Assembly (NCBI RefSeq): GCF_006345805.1
Contig: NC_043019.1
Span: 31,061,360-31,125,359, forward strand
Direction: 5' to 3'
From: Octopus sinensis
Taxonomy: Eukaryota
DNA length: 64,000 nt
Position numbers and translations under genes: made by a program. Below, one piece after another: positions 12,830 through 24,572 of this stretch (positions within the stretch are counted from its first letter, which is position 1; each line of letters opens with the position of its first letter). The notes under the pieces were generated by a model. It saw only the letters and a program-made list of their open reading frames with translations. It had not been told where the DNA came from and did not search any database.

Positions 12830-13015
12830 ATTGATTTCAAATTTTGGCACAAGGCCAGCAATTTCAGGGAGGGAATAAATCAATTACCTGAATGCCAGTG
12901 CTCAACTGGGGGCTTATTTTATCAATCCTGAAAGGATGAAAGGCAAAGTGGACCTTAGCGGAATTTGAACCCAGGGCCTGAAGACAGATGAAATGCTGCT
13001 AAGGATTTTGCTTGG
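12830..13015 (-). mobile_element. SINE family B
   Basis: tgaaaggatgaaaggcaaagtggaccttagcggaatttgaacc. Confidence 0.7.
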
Positions 13016-13056
13016 CACACCACCTGTCTGTTCACTCTTTTCGTGTTCTAGCAGAT

Positions 13057-13640
13057 TCATCATCATCATCATCGTCATTTACAGTCCGTTGTCCATGCTG
13101 GCATGGGTTGGGCGGTTTGACCAGGGCTGGCAAGCTGGTGGGGACTGCGCCAGACTCCAATCTGATTTGGCATGGTTTTTCTATGGCTAGACGCCCTTCT
13201 TAATGTCAACCATGCCAAGGGTGTAATGGGTGCTTTTTACGTGCCACCAGCACAGGTGCCATTTGTGTGACACCAGTATCTACCATGAATGTGATTTTAT
13301 TTGGCCTGATGGGTCTTCTCAAGCGTGGCATAACACCAAAGGTCTCGGTCACTGCCTCCTTGAGACCCAATGCTCGAAAGGTGCTTTTTATGTGCCACTG
13401 TCACGGGTGCCAGTTATGTGACACCAGCACCAGTCATGATTACGATTTCACTTGGTTTGATGTGTTTTCTCAAGCACAGCGTATCACCAAAAGCCTCAGT
13501 CACTCGTCATTGTCTCTGTGAAGCCCAAAGTTCAAAGATCGTGCTTCACCACTTTGTCCCATGTCTTCCTGGGTCTACCTCTACCACAGGTTCCCTCCAC
13601 AGTTAGAGATTGGCACTTATTTACACAGCTGTTCTCGTTG
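13057..13640 (-). mobile_element. 5'-truncated RTE-clade LINE (ORF C-terminus plus 3'UTR); identifies family C
   Basis: Minus strand SCVNKCQSLTVEGTCGRGRPRKTWDKVVKHDL*TLGF..YAVLEK (GRGRP..TW is typical of RTE ORF ends), continuous with the family C UTR and (GAT)n tail. Confidence 0.75.
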
Positions 13641-13860
13641 ATCACTGATGTCTTTCATCTTTGGAGAACATTTCCTACTTTATACACACACACACACATG
13701 CATATATGTAATGTATACACACACATGTATATATGTAATATATACACACACATGTATATATGCACATATATTTGTATATATGTACATAAATATACATGTG
13801 CATATATATGGGTGTGTATGTATATACATGTATTTGTGTATATGTATGTAAATATATATA

Positions 13861-14190
13861 TGTGTGTGTGGTGTGTGTGTGTGTGTATCATGATCGTCAT
13901 CAACATTGTTTAATGTCTGTTTTCCATGCTAGCATGGGTTGGACAGTTTGACCAGGGTCTGGGAAGCCAGGAGGCTGCACTAGGCCCCAAGCTGATCTGG
14001 CAGTGTTTCTATAGCTGGATGCCCTTCCTAATGGCAACCACTCCAAGAGTGTAGTGAGTGCTTTTTATGTGCCTCTGGTATGGGTATCACAACTACAATT
14101 TCCATTTGATTTGATGTATATATATATATATATATAAGTGCATATATGTCTATTTACATATAACATGTATATGTATACACACACACATAT

Positions 14191-14243
<53 letters not shown>

Positions 14244-14473
14244 TACATGCATACAAACATACATACATTCATACATACTTACATACAAACATACATACAT
14301 ATGTGGTGTCTCTATCTTCATCTGTTTAAGGAGACCATTTAGTGGTTCTCCTGTTTATGTGTAATTTATAGACACGTATATATTATAAAAATATTTATGG
14401 TGTATGGACATTTTTTATGCATGCTGGCCACTGGTATAAATTATTATTCTGAATAATTTTCCCCCTTTATATA

Positions 14474-14506
<33 letters not shown>

Positions 14507-14824
14507 GTGTGTGTGTGTGTGGTGTGTGTGTGTGTGTATCATGATCGTCATCAACATTGTTTAATGTCTGTTTTCCATGCTAGCATGGGTTGGACAGTTT
14601 GACCAGGGTCTGGGAAGCCAGGAGGCTGCACTAGGCCCCAAGCTGATCTGGCAGTGTTTCTATAGCTGGATGCCCTTCCTAATGGCAACCACTCCAAGAG
14701 TGTAGTGAGTGCTTTTTATGTGCCTCTGGTATGGGTATCACAACTACAATTTCCATTTGATTTGATGTATATATATATATATAAGTGCATATATGTCTAT
14801 TTACATATAAACATGTATATGTAT

Positions 14825-14880
<56 letters not shown>

Positions 14881-15106
14881 GCATACAAACATACATACAT
14901 TCATACATACTTACATACAAACATACATACATATGTGTGTGTCTCTATCTTCATCTGTTTAAGGAGACCATTTAGTGGTTCTCCTGTTTATGTGTAATTT
15001 ATAGACACGTATATATTATAAAAATATTTATGGTGTATGGACATTTTTTATGCATGCTGGCCACTGGTATAAATTATTATTCTGAATAATTTTCCCCCTT
15101 TATATA

Positions 15107-15150
<44 letters not shown>
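13861..15150. repeat. Tandem duplication, period ~651 bp, containing a family C fragment
   Basis: atcatgatcgtc at 13887 and 14538; non-microsatellite sequence appears identical, differences lie in the TA/CA tracts. Confidence 0.9.
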
Positions 15151-15170
<20 letters not shown>

Positions 15171-15385
15171 TATGCATGTATATGTATATGTATGTATAAT
15201 GATAGAGACATAGTTGGACAGATTTATAGATAAATATAGATACTGATATATGATTTATTTAAATGGGAATAAATATTTTTTGTTAAAATCTTTTTATATA
15301 TTGTGTCCGTCACGAGTCTGACTTTGACAATTTATTTGATGAATGATTACTAGACTAACCCTATTTAGTCCTGACACACGACTGA

Positions 15386-15422
<37 letters not shown>

Positions 15423-15880
15423 CACATACACATACACACACACACACTTGCATGCATGCATACATACATACATACATATATCTATAATTTAAATTCTATC
15501 GTAAGAGAGACAGACAAACAAATACAAATACATGATTGATAGTATTCATATCTCTAAGTGTGAATAGAATTTAAATGTTTATCAATTTCATTCTGAATTG
15601 TAGTTATTTAAATATCATTTTAGCCGAGAGATTGGCTTTCATTCTTGTGACATATTCCTTGATTGGTAAAGGAGAGAATTAACGCATGATGTATTGAATG
15701 AATGCTTGACTCTTTACTGGCTATATCAAGCCCAAATATTCTACCTGTTTTATGTTAGGTTCAAATCAATCAGATCTGGCCTTTCAAACCTACACAACAA
15801 TGCCATTTCAAAAATGAACCATCGCATCACCAAAATCACATCTTTAAAATAACATCATTAAAATCTCAAAGATATGAGAT

Positions 15881-15881
<1 letters not shown>

Positions 15882-15924
<43 letters not shown>

Positions 15925-16148
15925 TTAACGTCCGCTTTCCATGCTAGCATGGGTTGGACGATTTGACTGAGGTTTGGCGATTCAGATGGCTGCACCAGGC
16001 TCCAATCTTGATCTGGCAGAGTTTCTACAGCTGGATGCCCTTCCTGACACCAACCACTCCGAGAGTGTAGTGGAGGCTTTTACATGCCACCGGCACGAGG
16101 GCAGTCATGCGGTACTGGCAACAGCCACACTCAAGTGGTGCTTTTTAT
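15882..16148 (-). mobile_element. RTE LINE tail (family C)
   Basis: (CAT)n-ttaacgtccgctttccatgctagcatgggttgg...ggatgcccttcc. Confidence 0.8.
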
Positions 16149-16151
16149 GTA

Positions 16152-16251
<100 letters not shown>

Positions 16252-16263
16252 CGTATATGTATA

Positions 16264-16461
16264 TCTATATTTATGTGTGTGTCTTTGTCCCACTAAAATC
16301 ACTTGACAACCGATGTTGGTGTGTTTACATCCCCGTAACTTAGCAGTTTGGAAAAAGAAACTGATAGAATAGGTACTATTTCATCAACTAAAACCCTTTA
16401 AGGTGGTGCTCCAACATGGCCACAGTCAAATGACTGAAACAAGTAAAAGAATAAAAGAATT
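16264..16461 (+). mobile_element. SINE family A, 3' half
   Basis: cacttgacaaccgatgttggtgtgtttac...atgactgaaacaagtaaaagaataaaag. Confidence 0.7.
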
Positions 16462-17354
16462 ATCTCCACCACTGCTTTACATCTGGTGTTGGTTTGTTTC
16501 TGTTTCCATAACTTAGTGGTTCAGCAAAAAAAAAAATGGGAGAACAGATACCAGACTTAAAGTAAATAATGTATAGGAGTGAATTTGATTAGTGCAGAAC
16601 CATAGAAGAAAACACTCGCCTACATTGTCATGCATCGGGACTGAACCCAGAACCATGTGAGTGGGAAGCAAATTTTTTACCACACAGCCATGCTTGCATT
16701 TGTAAGAAAATAGCCTGCCAATGAGTTCAAGATTTTAAAGCCCCAACAGGGAGCTTTTTTTATTTATTTTGTAATTAATTAGATAATCTCATTTGATTGA
16801 AGTTTTTCAGTTCACTGATATTACATTTGTAAAACCCTGCTGCATATGAAGAAACATTAGTATCAACAAGAATATTAATGATATTTCAAAGACACTCGTG
16901 CTAAGACAATAATTCCACAGCTTTAAGTATACAGGATTAATCAAAGACAGCAGCATAAGTCCAAAGAACATAGGCTTAACAATGTGGTTGCAGGCTATGT
17001 AGAATTTTATAAGGTTATTGCATGTGTTTATGTGAATCATACACAATATGTATTTTATCAACATACACATACATGTATACACACATGCACATACACACAC
17101 ACATTGAGAGAGAAAAAGTGATACATAAATATATACATATATACATGCTTATATGTGTGTCTTGATATGTGGTGTGTGCATGTCTATGTGTGTACATGAA
17201 TATGTGTATGTATGTGTATACATGTGTGTGTGTGTGTGTGTGTGTGTGCACATGCGTGTGCATTTATGTACATGTGTATGCTAATAAAATACATATTGTG
17301 TATGATTCACATAAACACATACAATAACCTTATATGTTACATATATATATGCTA

Positions 17355-18126
17355 AACATTGAAAAAGGCAATACAGTAGACAATTACAGGCTGATATCCT
17401 GTTTATCACTTATGTGGAAATTATTGACTGGAATACTCACTGAGTCAATGTATGAACATCAGGAAAAAAATGGAGTCCTGCCACATGAGCAGAAGGATTG
17501 CAAGTATAAGTGCAGAGGTACCAAGGATCAACTCCTGATAGACAAAATTTTACTTAGAGACTGCAAGAGGAGAAAAAATAACTTAGCCATGTCATGAATC
17601 AACTATCATAAGGCGTACAATATGAACCCACACTCTTGGATAATGGAAAGTATGAACCTATTTGGTATTGCATTGAATGTTGAGCGATTGCTTGGAAAAA
17701 GTATGGCAAATTGGAGGACGGGTCTGACAGCATACGGAAGAAGTTTAGGGACAGTAGAAATTAGGAGGGGCATCTTCCACTGATCTTTGTACTAAGACTG
17801 ATTCTGAGGAAGGCAAAAGCAGGGTATGTATTCAAAAGCCACCAACAAAAACTCAACCATTTGTTATTCATGGATGACCTCAAACTTTATGGTAAAGATG
17901 AAGCCCAAGTCAGTTCAGTTCCCTCGTTGATACGGTATATACTTTTAGTGCTGATATCAGAATGGAGTTCAGACCGAGAATGTGTGGTGTGTTAGTCTTG
18001 AAGAGACACAAAATCAAATGTATGGTCAGGCTAACAATAGTGTCAAGGGGTGGTTATGAAGCAGATAGAACAAACGGGCTATAAGTACTTGGAGATTTTG
18101 GAAATGGATAAATTGATGGAGAAAGA
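17355..18126 (+). mobile_element. Decayed R4/Dong-clade reverse transcriptase fragment
   Basis: [76 protein letters not shown]; in-frame stop at 17595 and frameshifts. Confidence 0.9.
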
Positions 18127-19850
18127 AAACTCTGAGGAGGGAGAAGATGATGAGATCACATGCAAAAATCCAGGGATGAGAGGAGACTTCCTGGAAAGTT
18201 CTGAGAGCGTCCTACAATTTTCTGATGATTTCCAGGAAAGGTCAGATGTTGTGGACGAGATTACCTGGAAAAGTCTGTGGTTAGGTAGGAAAATTCTGAG
18301 GACTTCCTGAAAAATCTCTGAGGATGGTAAGGAGAATTCCTGGAAAAGTCCACGGATGGGGACGAGATTGCATGCAAAATTCTGAAGACTACCTGGAAAA
18401 CTCCGAAACTTCCTGGTTTCCGAGATTACATGGAAAAGTTCGAGGATGAGAGGAGACTTCCTTGAAAGTTCTGAATATTTTCTGGAAAGTACCGAGAGAA
18501 TTGAGGAGACGTTCTGGAATGTTTCGTGGGTTCCTGGAATTTTCCGATGACTTCCTGCAAAAGTCCGAGGATGGGGACGAGATTACCTTCCGAGGACTTC
18601 CTGGAAAACTCTGAGGAGGGAGAAGGGGGCGAGATTACATGGAAAAGTCCGGTAATGAGGGCATACTTCCTGGAAACTTCCGAGACCGACCTGCAATTTC
18701 CTTATGACTTCTTGGAAAGGTCCGAGGATTACCTGGAAAAGCTCGAAGATGGGTAGGAAACTTCCCGAAAAATTCCGAGGATGGGGGACAAGATTGCCTG
18801 GAAAATTCCGAGGGTGGGGAGGAGACGGGCTGCAAAAGTCCGAGACGGGTAATAGACTACCTTGACAAGTCTGAGGAGGATGAGTGTGATTGAGTCCGTG
18901 GATGGGTGAGTGGGACTTCCTGGAAAACTCCGAGGAGGTGGACTTCCTGGAAAATTTCAAGGATAGGGACTTCCTGGAAAATTCCAAGGCGGAGTAATTG
19001 AAGGGAAAGCAGGGGAGAGAATGCTTCCTGGAAAAGTCCGAGGAGGTGGACTTCCTGGAAAACTGGAGAGAATTGGAGGGGCCGAAGGTGAGGTAGGAGA
19101 GTGAGTACTTCCTGGAAAATTCCAACGAGGAGAATTGAAGAGAAGGAAGGGATACTTTCTGGAAAATTTCGAGTGGAGACTTTCTGGAAAATTCCAGGGA
19201 AGAGGAATTGAAAGGGAGTACTTCCAGGAAATCTCCGAGGAGAGGGCTTCGTGGAAAATTCCAAGGAGCCGGATTAAAGTAGGAAATAGATGGAAGGGGA
19301 GGGAGAACGTCCTGGAAAGGTCCGAGAATGGGGACTTCCTGGGTAATTCCAAGGAGGTGAGGTGAAGGGGAAGAAGCGGAGTGAGAACTTCCTAGAAAAG
19401 TCCGAGGCGGGGGACTTCCTAGAAAATTCCAAGGGAATTGAAGGGGAGGAGGGAGAGGGATACTACCTGGAAAACTCCGAGGAGTACTTCCTGGAAAATT
19501 CCAAGGAGTGGGAACTGAATGGGAAGGAGTAGTTCCAGGAAAATTTTAAGGAGGGGGAGGTCAAGGAGAGAACTTTCTGGAAAATTCGAGGAGGAGAACT
19601 GCCTTGACAATTCCAAGGAGGGGTATTTGAAGAAAAGGGAAGGAAAACATCCTGGAAAATTCTGAGGAGTGTGACCTCCTGAAAATTTCAAGGATGGGGA
19701 ATTGAATGGGAGGAATGTGAAGGAGTACTTTCTCATAAAGTCCGATGAGGGGGACTTCCTGGAAAATTCCAAGGAGGGAGTTGAAGGGAAGGAAGGGGAG
19801 GGGTAAATCCTCGAGAAGTCCGAGGTGTGTTCTTCCTGGAAAATTTTACA
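18127..19850. repeat. Degenerate purine-rich satellite with core gacttcctggaaaa(t/c/g)tcc
   Basis: Core recurs throughout; 27-bp spacing visible at ~18915/18942/18969, 19023/19050 and 19387/19414. Confidence 0.9.
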
Positions 19851-20062
19851 TTAATTCCTATTTTATAAGCAATTGTATTATGTATGTATGTATGCATGCA
19901 TGTATGTATTTATTTTCGTATGCAGTATAAATTAACCAAATTGAGGCAAATGTATGAAATGCTAATTCTGAATATATATATATATATATATAAATTTTAT
20001 TTCGTAATGAGATTAAAAAAAACCCAAGGCTGTGTAGATTTTAGAAAATTTATATATAGAAG

Positions 20063-20110
20063 GTCTTACAGTTGTTTCCAGGATATTTATTATACCCCTT
20101 CATCAGAGAC
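20063..20110 (-). ncRNA. Minimal type-I hammerhead ribozyme, slightly decayed
   Basis: Minus strand GUCU-CUGAUGA-AGG(G)GUAU-aauaa-AUAU-CCU-G-GAAAC-AACU-GUA^AGAC; stem I GUCU/AGAC, near-palindromic stem III ACAACUGU. Confidence 0.6.
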
Positions 20111-20225
20111 GGTTTGAGAGGATGGTTAAGAAATAGTTAATCTAGATAAGTTATGAAATAGAGAGTTACATATTTACCCTTAAATTAACATTTATATATA
20201 AATTCATATATATATATATATATAT

Positions 20226-20608
20226 ATATTGTTATATTTCGGAATGGTCATTTTGCCAGTTTAGCCAATAAAAACACACGCACTATATATTTGGTGTTAT
20301 TTTGCTTCAGTGTTATTTATTTTTTACATTAATCTTAATCTTATTTCGGCCAGAGTTCCTTCGTCACACTCCTGTGACTGCATCAGTGGTCCTTTGTTTT
20401 CTTCTTTCTTATTTGTGTCTCTCCTTACTAACTGTCAGCCATTTTGTATTTCTATTGTATGTCTTCATTTGCGCATGCTTATATCTCTATGTGACGAAAG
20501 AACTCTGGCCGAAACAAATAACGCTGAAGCAAAATAACACCAAATATATAGTGCGTGTGTTTTTATTGGCTAAACTGGCAAAATGACCATTCCGAAATAT
20601 AACAATAT
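20226..20608. mobile_element. Foldback/MITE-like element with 93-bp terminal inverted repeats
   Basis: 20226-20318 is the reverse complement of 20516-20608 (1 mismatch seen); inner 25-bp IR at 20344-20368/20490-20514; begins within (TA)n. Confidence 0.8.
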
Positions 20609-20662
20609 CTGTTTCAACACACGACTTCACATAAAAAATCTTGCACAACAAATATTTAAACG

Positions 20663-20727
<65 letters not shown>

Positions 20728-21527
20728 ATTTAAGGGTAAATATGTAACCGTAAATACCTTGCAACCGCTGCGGATATTTATGAACTGGTAATTGAACGGT
20801 AAACGTGTATTTTTATACACCTTTGATACCTTATCGTTTTTTGTCAAGCGTTTCACCTCCAGGCATTCATTATGTCAGTTAACACATACACTGACACACC
20901 GTTATGCTGTGGTGGCTCATTTTGTGCTTCTCCTGCTTATTCCCGAAAAACTTAATTGTAGTGAGCAGAAATTGAAAGAAGAGAAAGTGTAAAGGACAGA
21001 AAATGAAAGTGAAAGATATAAGTATGTATGTACGTGCGTGCGTACGAGTGTGTGTGAGAGAGAGAGAAAGCGAGATTGAGTGAGTGAAGGTGTGTGTCAT
21101 GATGATTGATGTCTTTTAAGGAACACACACACACATGGAAAATGTGACGTCGTTGTATAAAATGTTTACGATAGGTGATTTATGGAAAAGATTATATAAT
21201 GTAAATTTTTGAAATGCAAATATGTGAATGGAAATTAAGTTTAATTTATAGCTGAAATAATACTGAATCTTTTGATACCCCATACGTCAAAATCTGTGAC
21301 TCAGATTTGGAATGCATAAGGAATATATATATGTGTGTATGTGTAGGACAGACATGAAATTAACTGCTAGCAGTCACTGCACGTGCAACCATGTGCTGCC
21401 ATCTGATGGCACATTACACCACTGGTTCGGGCACTTTTAGATACCACCTTGTATATATATGCACATGCACTTGCAGATACACACAGATAACCTTCATCTG
21501 ATGTGTGTGCAAAACCTGTATTTCAGC

Positions 21528-21685
21528 ACAAGAGTAGCTGTGTTGTAAGTAGCTTACAAACCACATGGTTCCGAGTCAGTCCCACTGTATGGCACCTTGG
21601 GTAAGTATCTTTTACTATAGTTTTGGGTTGATCAAAGCCTTCTGAGTGGATTTAGTAGATAGAAACAGAAAGAAGACCATCGTAT
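21528..21685 (+). mobile_element. SINE family A, 5' part
   Basis: caaaccacatggttccgagtcagtcccactgtatggcaccttgggtaag. Confidence 0.7.
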
Positions 21686-21711
21686 ATGATGATGATGATA
21701 TATAAATGTTC

Positions 21712-21957
21712 CTTCTCGATCCATGCAGGCACATAAGAGCCGGTTTCCCAGTTTCAGTGGCATAGAAATTCCCCACTTGGACAGGATGCTGGTCCATCAC
21801 AGGATTACTCATTTTTGCCAGATGAGTGGACTAGAGCAACGCGAAAATCAAGTGTTTTGCTCAAGAACACAACGCATCGTCAGGTACAGGAATTGAAACC
21901 ACAACCTTACGATCATAAGTTCAACACCCTAACCACTAAGCCACGTGCCTCCACACA
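21712..21957 (-). mobile_element. SINE family D
   Basis: Reverse complement of tggaggcacgtggcttagtggttagggtgttgaac...gtttcaattcc. Confidence 0.8.
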
Positions 21958-22863
21958 TGCACACACAAACACACACACACATATATGAGCGTATGTGTGT
22001 GTGTGTGTGTGTGTGTGTCTATATATATATACATATATATACATGTATATGTATGTATATAAATATATGTACGTGTAAATATATATATATATATATACAT
22101 ATGCATGCATGCATACACAAGTGTGTATTTCATAAACTCACACATGTACATCAATGTACAGGCACACATAAACTAGCATACACTAAAAATATCCTGCTTT
22201 ACGCAAGCTACAGAAGTGTAAACAAAAACCAAACTGGAGTTTATTAAAGGATAATAAATTGCATATAGAGCTATAAACTGTGTATATATAGCTTGCAAAC
22301 ATTCACAGCATTTTACACACTTATGAACAGGCATATTTACATATATATATATATAAGCTGGTGTGCATGTGCATGTGGATTTATATAGTTGTATGCCTGC
22401 ATCTGTATGATGTGACGTTAATAAGACAGAAACTTAAAGTAATCTTAATTCTCTGTTTTTTTTATTTGATTTATAAGACAGAAATATTCAATAGACAATA
22501 TATTATAAAATGGAGATGAGGCAGCATTATTATGATGTTTTAATTCAGTATGAATATAATGGCTGCTAATAAGTACATTCCAGCGTTTCAACCTGAAACA
22601 CACTTTATATATTTTAATACGAAAATACCATTTCTTAAGAATTAGAGAATAATGCTTTGAAATTCGAAATGAACCGAAAAACATGTTACTTGTAAAATGT
22701 GTGCCTGTGTATACATGCATACATATATATATATATACTTTTACAAATATTTATATATATACATACACACACATATACATATATATATGTGTGTGTGTAT
22801 ATATATGTGTGTATATATATCTATATCTATCTATCTATATATACATATATATATGTGTGTGTG

Positions 22864-22906
<43 letters not shown>

Positions 22907-22980
22907 TATAAATATATACATATGAATCCATATATATATGTATACATACATATCAACATGTGTATATCTCTATATCTATC

Positions 22981-23037
<57 letters not shown>

Positions 23038-23384
23038 TTTCTTTATTTGTGTGTGTGTGTGTATTTGTATATGCATATTTCTTTATATTTATTATAACTA
23101 TTAAAATGAATCACCACATCAGTCACCATGTATATACCATTTGCAGAAAGCATTAATCCAGAGAAGAAAGACCCTGTAAAATGTAGAGCATGGCCTTCCC
23201 CAGTAAAAATATACATACATTTCTTTCTTTCTTTATTTATTTATTTATATATATTTATATATATATATGAAGTTCAGTTTAGTTAAAATGTCTGTGACAT
23301 ATTTTGACTAACCCAAAGTTTGTTCATCAACACTGCTTTCTGCTGATGCTGCTATTTCTCTTCCAGCCAGGTGATATGTGAGTG

Positions 23385-23695
23385 CAGCTCATTGTCTGTT
23401 CCTTCTCGAACCACGCATGGCTCATGAGGGCCTGTTTCCCGGTTTCCTTGGTGTATAGGTTCCCCACCTGGATGGGATGCCAGTCCCTCACAGGTGAGCT
23501 GCAAGATGCTGGAGGAAAGAGTGAGAGAAAGTTGTGGCAAAACAGTCAGCAGAAGTTCACCATTACCTTCTGCTGGAGCTGTGTAGATCTTAGGTGTTTT
23601 GCTCATAAACACACACATCATCCGGTCTGAGATTCAAACCCGCAATCCCTCGACCGCGAGTCCGCTGCTCTAACCATTAGGCCATGTGTCTCCAC
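23385..23695 (-). mobile_element. tRNA-headed SINE, family D variant
   Basis: Minus head tggagacacatggcctaatggttagagcagcggactcgcggtcgagggattgcgggtttgaatctc; homologous to 50722-51022. Confidence 0.8.
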
Positions 23696-24229
23696 TGTGT
23701 TGAGTGTATAGGCTTGTCAAATTTGCATCCATTCTTGTCTCACTGGATTGGAATGCCTGCTCTACTTTCTGCTTTTGATGCTCCTTTAGTATGGAGAGAT
23801 AGTTAAGCGTGAACATTGTTGTTGATGGAGTTGAATGAGTGGTCAGCAGTTGGGTCACCAATTTAATAAGAGAGGTTGTTCAGTGTGAGAAAATGAAATT
23901 ATCAGAAAGCAATTTTTTGGTGGAGTGGGGGGGGGTTAACATAACACAGATTTATTTAAAGTGAGGATAGCACTGTATAGCAAATAAACAAAGGTAATTA
24001 TGAATTTGACTTGTGTAGAAGGATGTGTGCAATGATAGAAATAATGATCAGCTGGAGTGATACTGGCAGAGAAAAGTATTAACTCACTAATAAGCAGTAA
24101 AAATTCATGCATTGTATGAAAGAGAAAATACAATAAGTTGTTTCCAAGTGAGTGTAAAAGTAACCAATCGACATGTCATTCCGTGTGACCAAAGTTACTG
24201 GACAGTTTATGATCACATGTTAACCTGCT

Positions 24230-24572
24230 AGCTTCTAGTCTGTTCCAAGAAGCTATAAAAATTTGTGTTGGTTGATATTTTATTTTGCTTTCATCTATAC
24301 CTAAAAATTTCTCAGTACTGCACCTGCTTGTTTAATATGTATAGTTATATCAAACAGTCATCGATTATTCGGAACAGCTGTAAGTTTTTAAAGTTTTTGC
24401 AAGCTTCTAGTCTGTTCCAAGAAGCTATAAAAATTTGTGTTGGTTGATATTTTATTTTGCTTTCATCTATACCTAAAAATTGTCTCAGTATTGCACCTGC
24501 TTGTTTAATATGCATAGTTATATCAAACAGTCATCGATTATTCGGAACAGCTGTAAGTTTTAAAAGTTTTTG
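24230..24572. repeat. Tandem dimer of a 172-bp unclassified unit; third copy at 28560-28707
   Basis: agcttctagtctgttccaagaagc at 24230 and 24402; high identity. Confidence 0.9.

Noticed and set aside
18526-19772. Overlapping 60-180 aa ORFs (EFSRKS/NFPG repeats)
   Set aside because: They arise from the stop-poor satellite in several frames on both strands at once; there is no domain or splice evidence.
23146-23201. Possible 56-bp plus-strand exon (SINPEKKDPVKCRAWPSP)
   Set aside because: The donor is weak, and such short open stretches are expected by chance.
23620-23695. tRNA gene (and similar heads at 44120, 48676, 53408)
   Set aside because: A/B boxes are present, but no full cloverleaf is evident and each continues into a SINE body.
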